From Candidatus Niameybacter stercoravium (GTDB taxonomy: Bacteria > Bacillota > Clostridia > Lachnospirales > Cellulosilyticaceae): 51,692 nt of DNA. Shown here in pieces: positions 41,972 to 51,572 of the stretch. The position numbers and the translations under genes were made by a program. Below the pieces are notes generated by a model that worked only from the letters and a program-made list of their open reading frames with translations, searched no databases and was not told the origin of the DNA. The DNA lies in assembly GCA_018883975.1 (NCBI GenBank), contig JAHLFD010000245.1:1-51692 (forward strand), read 5' to 3'. Within the stretch, counting starts at the first letter, position 1; each line of letters starts with the position of its first letter.

Positions 41972-42853
41972 ATGATAGAGATGAACAAGGTTGGTCTAGT
42001 ATTAGAAGGTGGAGGTATGAGAGGGCTTTATACAGGAGGTGTATTAGATTTTTTTCTAGATAAAGGTCTGCTTTTTCAGGATATTATAGGTGTTTCAGCA
42101 GGTGCTTGTAATGCTGTATCCTATATCTCAAGACAAAGGGGTAGAAACTTCAAAGTGAATACAGATTATATTGGAGATAAACGTTATTTAAGCTTTGAAG
42201 GAATGATTAAGAGAGGTAGTATATTTGGAATGGATTTTCTCTTTGAAGAAATTCCAGATAAGTTAGTACCTTTTGATTATGAAGCTTACTATAATTCTAA
42301 TATGCATTTAACTATTGTGGTAACTAACTGTGAGACAGGTGAGCCAGAATATCTAGATGGCGGTCATAAAAGTTTAGTAAATCGTTATTTAAGGGCATCA
42401 AGCTCTATTCCTATGTTTGCACCTATTGTGGAGATTGAAGGAAAGAAGTATCTAGATGGGGGAACTGCTGATTCTATACCTATTCAATTTTCGAAAGAGA
42501 GAGGAAATACAAAACAAATCGTTGTGGTAACACGCAATGAAGGATATGTGAAAAAGCCAGAACCTTTTAAATGGTTATACAGTAGACAATATAAGGATTA
42601 TCCAAAGCTTATTGAGACGATCCAAAATAGGCATCATATGTATAATAATACGTTAAAGACATTAAGTGAGTTAGAAGCTTCAGGAGAAGCTTTGGTTATT
42701 CGTCCTTCTAAGCCTATTACCATAGGAAGATTTGAAAAGGATGTAGAAAAACTTAGAGAACTTTATGATAATGGATATGAAGATGCAGCAAGACTCTATG
42801 AACAGATAAAAGATTTCTGTAGTGATTGTGATAATGTAGTAGTTAGCAAATAG
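41972..42853 (+). CDS. Patatin-like phospholipase (YjjU-like)
   Basis: LEGGGMRG oxyanion motif, GVSAG nucleophile, DGG motif. Confidence 0.9.
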   Translation: MIEMNKVGLVLEGGGMRGLYTGGVLDFFLDKGLLFQDIIGVSAGACNAVSYISRQRGRNFKVNTDYIGDKRYLSFEGMIKRGSIFGMDFLFEEIPDKLVPFDYEAYYNSNMHLTIVVTNCETGEPEYLDGGHKSLVNRYLRASSSIPMFAPIVEIEGKKYLDGGTADSIPIQFSKERGNTKQIVVVTRNEGYVKKPEPFKWLYSRQYKDYPKLIETIQNRHHMYNNTLKTLSELEASGEALVIRPSKPITIGRFEKDVEKLRELYDNGYEDAARLYEQIKDFCSDCDNVVVSK

Positions 42854-42920
42854 TGTATTTATATCTTCCTCACAATATTGTAGTATGGTATGATTTAGTA
42901 ATGTAAAAGGAGATGATAAA

Positions 42921-44351
42921 GTGAGTCAACAAACTACAGATTTAGGAAAAGATAGTGTAGGTAAGTTACTTATTAAGTTAGCACTTCCAGCCATTATTGC
43001 TCAGCTTGTGAATGTTCTTTACAATATTGTAGATAGAATATATATTGGTAGACTTCCGGATGCAAAGGCAGCTATGGCAGGTATTGGAGTAGCTTTCCCT
43101 ATTATTATGATTATTTCAGCGTTTAGTGCACTTATAGGTATGGGTGGAGCGCCTCTTGCAGCTATTAAGATGGGAGAGAAGGATAAAGAAGGTGCACAAA
43201 AGATATTAAGTAATAGTTTTTCATTGCTTCTTATCCTTGGAACAGTACTTATGTGTGCTTTACTTATCTTCAAAGAGCCTATTTTATGGGCATTTGGAGC
43301 AAGTAATGACACGATTACTTATGCAACTCAATATTTAGGTATTTACTTATTAGGAACACTTGCTGTACAAATTTCACTTGGTATGAATCCATTTATCAAT
43401 ACACAAGGTTTTGCAAAAGTAGGTATGTGTACAGTCATGGTAGGGGCATTTATTAATATCGTATTAGACCCTATCTTTATTTTTGGATTTGATATGGGTG
43501 TGCGTGGAGCAGCTCTTGCAACAATTATGGCACAAGCTGTTTCTGCAATATGGGTTATTTACTTCTTCTTTGGTAAAGAGAAGAAATTTAACAACAAAGT
43601 AATAAATGAGATTTTAGGTAGTAAGACAACAATTAAAATTAAGAAAGAATACTTAAAGCCAAGTGCTTCGATAGCCTTTAAAATTACCACTTTAGGTGTA
43701 TCACCATTTATTATGCAGGCGACAGAAAGTCTTGTTCTAATCAGTCTTAACAAACAGTTGCTTATATATGGAGATATGATAGGGGTAGGGATTGGTGATT
43801 TAGCCATTGGTTCTATGACCATTATGAGTAGTATCATGCAAATCATTGTGTTACCACTTATGGGCGTTGCACAAGGAGCGCAACCTATTATTAGTTATAA
43901 CTATGGTGCTAAACAAATGGATAGAGTTAAGAAAGCCTTCAAGCTCTTTTTGATGAGTAGCTTTGCTTATACAGGTATAATGTGGATTCTGCTTATGACG
44001 GTGCCTGGAGTATTTGTAAGCATCTTTAATAAAAATCCAGAAGTTATGAGTATGACAAGTTGGGGGATTAGAATCTTCTTTGCTGGAATGTTTATGATGG
44101 GTATACAAAATTCATGTCAACAGACGTTTTTAGCATTAGGTCAGGCAAAAATTTCTTTATTCTTAGCTTTATTAAGAAAGGTTATTCTATTAATTCCACT
44201 TATCTTTATCTTACCATTACTAATGGAAAATAAATTAGCAGGTGTATTTACTGCTGAACCAGTAGCAGATATTTTAGCATCTATTACAACATTTATTTGT
44301 TTTGGTATCTTTTATAAAAAGACTTTTACTGATAAAAAAGCTATAGATTAA
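42921..44351 (+). CDS. MATE family efflux transporter (MepA-like)
   Basis: LYNIVDRIYIG, NIVLDPIFIF..DMGVRGAALAT, QPIISYNYGA. Confidence 0.92.
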   Translation: MSQQTTDLGKDSVGKLLIKLALPAIIAQLVNVLYNIVDRIYIGRLPDAKAAMAGIGVAFPIIMIISAFSALIGMGGAPLAAIKMGEKDKEGAQKILSNSFSLLLILGTVLMCALLIFKEPILWAFGASNDTITYATQYLGIYLLGTLAVQISLGMNPFINTQGFAKVGMCTVMVGAFINIVLDPIFIFGFDMGVRGAALATIMAQAVSAIWVIYFFFGKEKKFNNKVINEILGSKTTIKIKKEYLKPSASIAFKITTLGVSPFIMQATESLVLISLNKQLLIYGDMIGVGIGDLAIGSMTIMSSIMQIIVLPLMGVAQGAQPIISYNYGAKQMDRVKKAFKLFLMSSFAYTGIMWILLMTVPGVFVSIFNKNPEVMSMTSWGIRIFFAGMFMMGIQNSCQQTFLALGQAKISLFLALLRKVILLIPLIFILPLLMENKLAGVFTAEPVADILASITTFICFGIFYKKTFTDKKAID

Positions 44352-44364
44352 TCTTATTTTCTTA

Positions 44365-44404
44365 TGTTATAACTAGAAGTGATAAAAAACTTCTAGTTAT
44401 AACA
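44365..44404 (+). terminator. Hairpin / probable terminator after the MATE gene
   Basis: TGTTATAACTAGAAGT...ACTTCTAGTTATAACA inverted repeat; no T tract on the + strand. Confidence 0.55.
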
Positions 44405-44423
44405 AAAAAAATAAAAAAAGTAC

Positions 44424-44452
44424 TTGCATTATGACAAGTAATAGTATATACT
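44424..44452 (+). promoter_or_regulatory. SigA promoter of the tRNA pair
   Basis: A-tract UP element, TTGCAT-17 bp-TATACT. Confidence 0.75.
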
Positions 44453-44492
44453 ACAGAAGTACTTGAGGCACGGGCCTTAAAGAAATGAATAT

Positions 44493-44566
44493 GGCGGAAT
44501 AGCTCAGTTGGCTAGAGCACATGGTTCATACCCATGGTGTCGGCGGTTCAAATCCGTCTTCCGCTA
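44493..44566 (+). tRNA. tRNA-Met(CAT), elongator type
   Basis: GGCGGAA/TTCCGCT acceptor, anticodon stem CATGG/CCATG with loop TTCATAC, T loop TTCAAAT. Confidence 0.93.
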
Positions 44567-44570
44567 TTTT

Positions 44571-44643
44571 GGTCGCTTAGCTCAGCTGGGAGAGCACCTG
44601 CCTTACAAGCAGGGGGTCATAGGTTCGAGTCCTATAGCGACCA
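44571..44643 (+). tRNA. tRNA-Val(TAC)
   Basis: GGTCGCT/AGCGACC acceptor, anticodon stem CCTGC/GCAGG with loop CTTACAA, T loop TTCGAGT. Confidence 0.96.
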
Positions 44644-44655
44644 TTTTTAATTAGA

Positions 44656-44685
44656 AAAAGCACCGCATTTTGCGGTGCTTTTTTT
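44656..44685. terminator. Bidirectional terminator
   Basis: AAAAGCACCGCA-TTT-TGCGGTGCTTTT. Confidence 0.9.
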
Positions 44686-44691
44686 GTTTTG

Positions 44692-45255
44692 CTAAGGTGT
44701 TGTGAAATACACAGAAGCAGAACTTTCTTCATATTTAACATGGAAACCTAGAGCTTCTGCTGTGAAACGTATAGGTAGGTAAGTCTTTTCTGTATAAAGA
44801 ATGGTACGGACCTTGATACTTGTTTGATCAATACTTACTGTATCAGCTGTTTTAGGTGTAGATTTTTGAAAAGATACAGCTGTACGATAGCCTTGGGGCA
44901 TTTCAATACGATGGGTAGATGTTTCTACGATGGCTACTTTATTGGGTGTGTCCCAGCCTATTTCTACACCGAGTATTTCACCTACTTCACGCAGTGGAAG
45001 ATAAATACGGCTTTTGTAGGTAAAAGGTCTGCTAGTAAGGGGAATGGCTTTACCGTCAAAGTATACTTTGATAGGTGTAAAAGATGCTTCTTTATCTACG
45101 TCTATGGCTACAGGAGTTTGAGACTTAAGTAGCTTGTAGGTAGCAGCATTTAGATTAGTATCTACTTTATCGGTTGGAGCTCCATAGAGAGAAGGAGTAT
45201 GTAAAAAAGATAAACTGAGTAGATAAATGAGTAAGATAGTAGACAGCTTTTTCAA
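44692..45255 (-). CDS. Secreted copper amine oxidase N-terminal (stalk) domain protein
   Basis: Signal peptide; YLPLREVGEILG..IGWD and YLPIRFTAEALG repeats; TTG start after AAGGAGG. Confidence 0.8.
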   Translation of the reverse strand: MKKLSTILLIYLLSLSFLHTPSLYGAPTDKVDTNLNAATYKLLKSQTPVAIDVDKEASFTPIKVYFDGKAIPLTSRPFTYKSRIYLPLREVGEILGVEIGWDTPNKVAIVETSTHRIEMPQGYRTAVSFQKSTPKTADTVSIDQTSIKVRTILYTEKTYLPIRFTAEALGFHVKYEESSASVYFTTP

Positions 45256-45371
45256 ATTAATGCCTCCTTAAAAATATGCTTATTTTTATTGTAGCATTAG
45301 TAGATTTAAAAGAGAAGTTTGTAATATTATATTAATTTAAAAAATTTATGTTTTATATTTTAAATATAAGT

Positions 45372-45407
45372 AGATAGGGATTATCCAGATAGGATAATCC
45401 CTATTTT
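45372..45407 (-). terminator. Terminator of the nitrite/sulfite reductase gene
   Basis: ATAGGGATTATCC...GGATAATCCCTAT inverted repeat. Confidence 0.7.
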
Positions 45408-45412
45408 AAACT

Positions 45413-46963
45413 TTATACCAGATAAGGCTGTATAAAAGCTGTAAGAGAGCCTTGGTCAGTCTCGAACCAAGTATCAAAAGTTATATTAAGTGATTCTAGT
45501 TGCTGAGCTAGCTTATAAAGAAATTCTGGGATAAGTGGTGAAGGTATATCTCCTAAAGGTATACCAAGCCTTACATGGTCGGCATGGAAAGAACCACCTA
45601 TATACAGGGTATAACAGTCGGTGATAACATTTTCAATACGTTTTTTCTTGCCTGCAAAGCCGATGCTACCTATTTGGTGTACACCACAGGAGTTAGAACA
45701 CCCAGAAATATATATGCGGGGTAATATATCTTTTTTATACTTTTTATGATTGAAGTAGGAGATAATGTTATCTAGAAGTTCTTGGCTATTTAGTATACCC
45801 ATTTGGCAAGTGGGAACACCAATACAGCTTACACTTTGAGCAAGTTTAGTTTCACCACCTAGGCCGTCTGTAAGCTCAAGTAGTTTAAGAGCTGTTGCCT
45901 CATCTAGATTAATCATATAAAAACCTTCAGTCATAGCAAGCCTTAAGCGTACTTTAGGCAGGTAGTCTAAGTATTGAAGGAGTTGTTTAAGAAGTTTCAA
46001 TGTAAGCTGACCGCCTAGAGGTTGAAAGTACATACTATATAGATTTATCTGCTTTTGCTTAAAAATACGAGGATGTATGAGCGTAGTAGACCAGTCTTCA
46101 TAGACCTCAGAGTTAGGTGTAAAAGGAAGGGAAAGCTCTTTGCTTTGTTTAGCTATTTCAAGTTCATCTAAAAACCTAGCAATAAATTGGGCTTTACCTA
46201 GTTTGTTGACAATGTATCTGACACGTGCTTTATTATGATCCTCATAATTTCCTTCCTTTATAAATAAATTTAGCATAGCTTCTATAGCATAGAGTGCATC
46301 TGAGGGAGGAAGTGAAATAGGGATAACAAGAGAGGGTTCAGGGGCCTTGCCTAAGCCACCGCCTGCATAGACTTTAAAGAAGGGTTTATGATCATAGGAC
46401 ATAGCAATAAAGCCTAAATCCTGTACTGTAGAATGAGCATCTGCAGTAGGGGTATTAGAAAAGGCTACTTTGAATTTTCTAGGTAAATGATAAGCATAAA
46501 TGGATTTCAGAAGATAAACATTAGCTGCTGTAGCAAAAGGAAGCACATCAAAAGCTTCTCCAGGAGTTACACCAGTGAGTGGAGACATAGATACATTTCT
46601 AGGATAATTTCCACCACTTCCTCTCGTATAGAGACCTTTTAAAATGCCTTGTTCTATAATGTCTAGGATAGCATCTAGGGAAAGATTGTGTAACTGAATA
46701 CATTGCCTTGTTGTAAGATGGATACCGCCTAAGTCATATTTAAGAGCCATATCATAAATGAACTGGAGTTCTTCTTTAGAGATAACACCTCCGGGGAGAC
46801 GAAAACGGAGAATAAAACTTTCCTGGCTACGCGTAGCGTATACACCAAAAGCTCCAGAGTAACGTTTAAAATTTAGTTTTGAAAGTTCCTTATTAAGAAA
46901 AGCTTCGCCGTGTTTTTTTAGGTTTGGGAGTTCTTCAAGTAGTATTTCGTTAAGTTTATTCAT
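45413..46963 (-). CDS. Ferredoxin-type nitrite/sulfite reductase (siroheme-[4Fe-4S] family)
   Basis: LR.R.PGG, HLTTRQ.IQ, LPRKFKVAF, GGGLG; C-terminal CIGVPTC...GCSNSC cluster ligands. Confidence 0.85.
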   Translation of the reverse strand: MNKLNEILLEELPNLKKHGEAFLNKELSKLNFKRYSGAFGVYATRSQESFILRFRLPGGVISKEELQFIYDMALKYDLGGIHLTTRQCIQLHNLSLDAILDIIEQGILKGLYTRGSGGNYPRNVSMSPLTGVTPGEAFDVLPFATAANVYLLKSIYAYHLPRKFKVAFSNTPTADAHSTVQDLGFIAMSYDHKPFFKVYAGGGLGKAPEPSLVIPISLPPSDALYAIEAMLNLFIKEGNYEDHNKARVRYIVNKLGKAQFIARFLDELEIAKQSKELSLPFTPNSEVYEDWSTTLIHPRIFKQKQINLYSMYFQPLGGQLTLKLLKQLLQYLDYLPKVRLRLAMTEGFYMINLDEATALKLLELTDGLGGETKLAQSVSCIGVPTCQMGILNSQELLDNIISYFNHKKYKKDILPRIYISGCSNSCGVHQIGSIGFAGKKKRIENVITDCYTLYIGGSFHADHVRLGIPLGDIPSPLIPEFLYKLAQQLESLNITFDTWFETDQGSLTAFIQPYLV

Positions 46964-47030
46964 AGCATCACCTATAATGGTTAAAGTTTTTCTTAGTTTT
47001 CCACATCTAAATGAAGGTATACTTAAAAAT

Positions 47031-47072
47031 AAAAAGAGCGCCAGAAGTCCTTATGGATTTCTAGCGCTCTTT
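47031..47072 (-). terminator. Terminator after the cytoplasmic PPIase gene
   Basis: AAAAGAGCG...CGCTCTTTT inverted repeat with inner AGAAGTCC/GGATTTCT. Confidence 0.8.
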
Positions 47073-47085
47073 TAAATAGAAGAAA

Positions 47086-47826
47086 TTATTTTACTTCTAC
47101 AGTGTATTTTGCTTTAAGTTCAGCTTGTTTTGCTGTGTAAACTTCGTTGTGTTTCATAGACATAACAAGTTGTTTAACTTTATCTTTTACATCTTCAAAT
47201 TTAGCATCTTCACCTTCGTTTACAGATGCAACTTTAATAATGTGGTAACCAAATTGTGTTTGAACAGGTGCGCTTACTTCACCAGCTTTCATGTTAAATA
47301 CTGCATTTTCAAATTCAGGAACCATTTGACCTTTGCCAAATTCACCTAAATCTCCGCCACGTTCTCTAGATGGGCAGCTTGAGTATTTAGAAGCAGCTTC
47401 TTCAAAGCTAAGACCGCCGTTGATTTCTTCAAGAATAGCTTCAGCTTGTTCTTTAGAATCTACTAAAATGTGACTAGCACGTGCACTTGGACCTGATTTG
47501 AAAGTATCCTTGTGATCGTTGAAATAGCTTTCAGCTTCTTCATCAGATACTGTTACAGTACCAAGTAATTTGCTAAGTGCATATTGTTTTAATAATGTAT
47601 TGTACATGTTTTCAGCAGCAGCTAAGAATTCTGCATCTTTATCTAAACCATTAGCAATAGCATCTGAATAGAAAAGTTCTTGAGTGATTAATTCTTCAAC
47701 AAGTTGTTTACGACCACCTTCGCCAGCAAATCTTGCAGCATTTTGACCTAAACTTTGTACTAAGCTTACAAGATGGCTTTCTGTTACTTCACGGCCATCA
47801 ACAACAGCGATAACTTTATTTTCCAT
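47086..47826 (-). CDS. Cytoplasmic PrsA-like parvulin peptidyl-prolyl isomerase
   Basis: No signal peptide; RASHILV, YSSCPS...GGDLG.F..GQMVPEFE, TQFGYHII. Confidence 0.9.
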   Translation of the reverse strand: MENKVIAVVDGREVTESHLVSLVQSLGQNAARFAGEGGRKQLVEELITQELFYSDAIANGLDKDAEFLAAAENMYNTLLKQYALSKLLGTVTVSDEEAESYFNDHKDTFKSGPSARASHILVDSKEQAEAILEEINGGLSFEEAASKYSSCPSRERGGDLGEFGKGQMVPEFENAVFNMKAGEVSAPVQTQFGYHIIKVASVNEGEDAKFEDVKDKVKQLVMSMKHNEVYTAKQAELKAKYTVEVK

Positions 47827-47883
47827 AATAGTCTCCTTTTAATAAGTAATTATGAAACTATTGTACCATAAATAAAGAAAGGC

Positions 47884-47910
47884 ATAAAGGAAATTCGAGA
47901 GGTATAGGAT
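47884..47910 (+). promoter_or_regulatory. Putative SigE-type promoter
   Basis: gcATA-16 bp-tATAggaT fits ATA-16-cATAcanT. Confidence 0.45.
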
Positions 47911-47929
47911 AGAGTAGGGAGGTGGTAAT

Positions 47930-48955
47930 GTGACAGATGAACCAAGGAAGGTCCAAGAGTTTATTATGGGATATCTGCAAAATTACTATAAAATGCTAGG
48001 AGAACAAAAGTATAAGATATATCAGTTTAAGGATTACTTTGCATATAGTTTGAAAGGAAATTATACCTTTATAAAGGAAGAATTTTTACTAAAAACACAA
48101 ATTGAGCATTATAAACAGCAATCAGTCAACCTTATTTTTCAAAGGCCTGTTCTACACCCAGCATGGAAGTACATAGGAGGCAGTGATAGAGCGTGTGATG
48201 TAAGAGTGGGTTTAGATATGGAGTTGCAGTATAAGGGCATCCCTGCTAAGACCATATTAAAAAACCTAGAGCATCAATTCGTATTAGTAAAGGAAGGAAG
48301 GGATTGGAGAATAGAAGAAGATACTTATGAATATGAGTTTGATTTGCCAGAACCCTATGAGCTGGAGCTACGAGGAAAAAGGCAGAAAAAGAAAAAATGG
48401 GAGTTTAGCCAATTCCATGAGGTAAGGTCTACCCCTAAAGGTATTTATAATAGAGAAAAAGCTGTAGAATATGCGAGAAAATATGCATTGATGCCGAATA
48501 CAAAGGAATGGAAAAACTATGAGGCATATGGTGGGGATTGTACAAATTTTGTGTCACAGTGTCTATTTGCAGGGGGCATACCTTTTGATCACGATGGCAA
48601 GTATGTAACGCATAAATGGTATTGGTATTCTGATCAGTATCGTACCCCTAGTTTTACAAGTGCTGATGCGCTGAAGACTTATATGCTTAATAATGAAGGC
48701 TTTGGATTGGTGGCTCAGCTTGGAGATATGCAGTCTATGAAATTAGGGGATATTGTACAGCTAGGAGACCTTAAGGAAACAACGCATAGTATGCTTGTAG
48801 TAGGTATTGTAAAAGAGGATGGACAGACGCCGTTGACAAAAGATTTACTTATTGCACAGCATTCGGGGGTAAATGGGATAAGAGGTTTTAATATTCCTCT
48901 TGCTACTAAGCCTAATCAAAGAGTTTATTATAATATTTTGGGCTATAACCCCTAA
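47930..48955 (+). CDS. Amidase_6 domain protein (YhbB-like)
   Basis: YNREKAVEYA..YA, GGDCTNFVSQCL.AGG, GDIVQ, HSM, AQHS; GTG start after GGAGGTG. Confidence 0.85.
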   Translation: MTDEPRKVQEFIMGYLQNYYKMLGEQKYKIYQFKDYFAYSLKGNYTFIKEEFLLKTQIEHYKQQSVNLIFQRPVLHPAWKYIGGSDRACDVRVGLDMELQYKGIPAKTILKNLEHQFVLVKEGRDWRIEEDTYEYEFDLPEPYELELRGKRQKKKKWEFSQFHEVRSTPKGIYNREKAVEYARKYALMPNTKEWKNYEAYGGDCTNFVSQCLFAGGIPFDHDGKYVTHKWYWYSDQYRTPSFTSADALKTYMLNNEGFGLVAQLGDMQSMKLGDIVQLGDLKETTHSMLVVGIVKEDGQTPLTKDLLIAQHSGVNGIRGFNIPLATKPNQRVYYNILGYNP

Positions 48956-48979
48956 AAAAGTTAAAGGATAGGCTAAATT

Positions 48980-49045
48980 TGTCTAAAAGTTTTTTGAGTA
49001 TTCAGCTAAGTATTTACAAATATTTCAAATAGGCTCTTCTATAAT
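48980..49045 (+). promoter_or_regulatory. Putative Spo0A-dependent SigA promoter of spoIIE
   Basis: TTTACA-21 bp-TATAAT (over-long spacer as in B. subtilis spoIIE/spoIIG) with degenerate 0A-like TGTCTAA and TTTCAAA. Confidence 0.55.
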
Positions 49046-49070
49046 GAACATTATGTAGGAGGGGAAATGG

Positions 49071-51413
49071 ATGAATAGAGTAGATACAAAAGATAAAAAA
49101 CAAGTCGCTTTAGGAGTCAATTGGCATGAAATTTGTTTAATCCTTATAAGTTTTATGTTTGCTCGAGTAGGATTTGAGGGAAGTTTTTATACAGCTGGTA
49201 TAGCATATATAGGAAGCTTATATATAACCAAAAGTATGAGATGCTTTGGACCATTGGTAGCTATACTAGGGATACTTTCAGTGGGAGATTTTAATATTCG
49301 AGTGCTAAAGTATATCTTAATGATTGCTATTATAATGCTTATAAGGAAATTCATAGAAGAAAGTCAAAAGTCTTTTAATATACGTAATCAAATGGTGAGC
49401 GTCTTTGTAAGTACCTTATTAGTAAATTTAGTATGTACAGCTATTTTAGGTAGAACACTGTATGCAAATGCAATCGGCATGGTAGAAGCTGTAGTAGCAA
49501 CAGCTCTTACTTATATATTTTATTGCGGTATAGAAGTACTAAAAGAACAAAGGGATACGCCTTTAACAAATAAAGAAGGTATTAGTGTTATATTAATATT
49601 TGCTGTATTAATAGCAGGACTTGTAGATTTTTATATACGTGTACCACTGTGCAAAGAAATTTATTTTAGAGACATTCTTACCTATATTGTACTTATAGGT
49701 GTCATTTATCTAGGTGGCATGAATATAGGGGTGACTATAAGTATGGTCATGAGTAGTTTACTTGTAATAATCGGATACATAGAGCCTGTTTTTGTAGCTA
49801 TATATGGTATGACAGCTTTAATGGGAGGGTTGTTTTTAACACTAGGAAGATGTGGCGTCATACTAGGAGGTGCCGTAGGGCAAATTTTAGGGTGTATGTT
49901 ATTTAATGGGGGGCAGATAGATCTAAGTTTATTAGGAGCCTATCTTATAGCTTCATTAATTAGTATGATTTTACCTAAACATTATTTTGGGCTTGCAGGC
50001 TGGTTTGGAGAAAAGAGTAGAGAACAGAATGAACAGCTACATTTAGAACGTGTGCAACGTATTATGACAAGCAGGCTTAAGCATATTGTAGGTGGATTTG
50101 AGAAGTTAGGTGATAGTTTTCAAAAGACAGATTTGAAGAAAACTGATTTTACACAGAAAGATGTAAAACGTATTATAGAAGAAACTGGGGAGAAAATGTG
50201 TATAGATTGTTCTATGAGACGTTTTTGCTGGGAACAGGATATAAATACAACCTATAAGCATGCTCATGAAATGATGAATATTTTCGAAAAGAAAGGCTTT
50301 ATTGCAGAGGGAGAAATCCCTGCATTGTTTAAGGCCCATTGTCCTAATGCTGTGAACTTTGCCTATGTAATGAGCTTTAAAATGGATTTACTTAGGCAGG
50401 AGATGGCATGGCACAACCGATTTATAGAAAATAGAGCACTTATAGCTCAGCAGTTAAAAGCTGTGGCTGTAACACTTAAAAATTTAGTACAAGAAGTAGA
50501 AAAAGAGATTTATTTTAATAAAGAAGAAGAAAAACTCCTTAGGGAGAGCTTACTTGCAGCAGGTATTAAACTAACGGATATTATGATTCTAGAAAATAAG
50601 GGGAAGATTCAATCCATAGAGCTATATACTTCTTTAGAGCAAAGAGACTATAAAGATTTAATGGAGCAGATAATAGAAGATACACTAGGTTATAGAGTAA
50701 CACTAGATAGTTGTACCTATCAAAAAAATAATTATGAATATAAGTGGAGAACTAAAAACACTTATAGAATTACCTCAGGCTATGCAGTATCTGCTAAAGA
50801 GGAAATTAGTGGCGATGTTTATACCTTTATGGAAGTAGAGGATGACCAGTACTTATTAGCATTAGCAGATGGCATGGGTAGTGGTAGAGTTGCCTATGAG
50901 GAAAGTGCAGCGACTATAGGCATGCTAGAAGATTTTATGGATTCAGGATTTAGAAAAGACTTAGCAGTTAAAATGATCAATTCAGCACTTATTCTCAATG
51001 AAAAAAACGAAGTGTTTTCTACTATAGATGTAACCCTTATTGATCGTAAGAGTGGTATGGCTGAGTTCTTAAAGGCTGGAGCAGCTACAAGTTTTATCTT
51101 ACATAAGAATGAGGTTATCCCAATTAGAATGTCTACCTTACCGATAGGTATTGTAAAGGATGTAGATTTAGAGATTAAACGTGTACAGCTTGAAGATGGA
51201 GATATAGTCATTATGATTACAGATGGTATTTTAGAAGCTTCGGGCGATGAAGTAGGAAAAGAAGAGACTTTCAAACATTTCATACTAGAGTGTAAAGGAC
51301 AAACGCCACAGTATATGGCGGACTATTTAATGCAAAAGAGTAAGGACCTACTTGGCGTTATGCCGGGGGATGATATGACCATTGTTGTCGCACGTATTTG
51401 GCGGGAGTACTAA
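49071..51413 (+). CDS. spoIIE: Stage II sporulation protein E (PP2C phosphatase)
   Basis: About 10 N-terminal TMs, C..C....CW, ISGD, ADGMGSG, TDG, DDMT; upstream of tilS. Confidence 0.92.
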   Translation: MNRVDTKDKKQVALGVNWHEICLILISFMFARVGFEGSFYTAGIAYIGSLYITKSMRCFGPLVAILGILSVGDFNIRVLKYILMIAIIMLIRKFIEESQKSFNIRNQMVSVFVSTLLVNLVCTAILGRTLYANAIGMVEAVVATALTYIFYCGIEVLKEQRDTPLTNKEGISVILIFAVLIAGLVDFYIRVPLCKEIYFRDILTYIVLIGVIYLGGMNIGVTISMVMSSLLVIIGYIEPVFVAIYGMTALMGGLFLTLGRCGVILGGAVGQILGCMLFNGGQIDLSLLGAYLIASLISMILPKHYFGLAGWFGEKSREQNEQLHLERVQRIMTSRLKHIVGGFEKLGDSFQKTDLKKTDFTQKDVKRIIEETGEKMCIDCSMRRFCWEQDINTTYKHAHEMMNIFEKKGFIAEGEIPALFKAHCPNAVNFAYVMSFKMDLLRQEMAWHNRFIENRALIAQQLKAVAVTLKNLVQEVEKEIYFNKEEEKLLRESLLAAGIKLTDIMILENKGKIQSIELYTSLEQRDYKDLMEQIIEDTLGYRVTLDSCTYQKNNYEYKWRTKNTYRITSGYAVSAKEEISGDVYTFMEVEDDQYLLALADGMGSGRVAYEESAATIGMLEDFMDSGFRKDLAVKMINSALILNEKNEVFSTIDVTLIDRKSGMAEFLKAGAATSFILHKNEVIPIRMSTLPIGIVKDVDLEIKRVQLEDGDIVIMITDGILEASGDEVGKEETFKHFILECKGQTPQYMADYLMQKSKDLLGVMPGDDMTIVVARIWREY

Positions 51414-51477
51414 AGCTATTAAAGGTAAAGTGTATATTTCTTATGGATAATGGAATACTTTAAACACGCAGTAGATG

Positions 51478-51501
51478 AGGGATTGCTAGGCAGTCCCTTT
51501 T
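51478..51501 (+). terminator. Probable terminator after spoIIE
   Basis: AGGGATTGC-TAG-GCAGTCCCT followed by T tract. Confidence 0.7.
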
Positions 51502-51572
51502 ATATTGTTTTTTTATTTAAAATATGATGTAATACACTTAGGAAATATGGTTAAACTGTGAAAGGATACCCT

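Noticed and set aside
39121-42853. MazG or patatin as anti-phage defence effectors
   Set aside because: MazG is at its housekeeping locus; the patatin is YjjU-like with no cyclase or other defence gene nearby.
44493-44566. tRNA-Ile2 or initiator tRNA-fMet
   Set aside because: GGCGGAA acceptor and anticodon stem lacking three consecutive G-C pairs fit elongator tRNA-Met.
45413-47826. Parvulin as a NifM-like maturase for the neighbouring reductase
   Set aside because: A strong terminator separates them and this cytoplasmic parvulin is a widespread clostridial protein; only adjacency supports it.
44644-48955. Genomic island integrated at tRNA-Val
   Set aside because: No duplicated tRNA 3' end, integrase or mobility genes seen.
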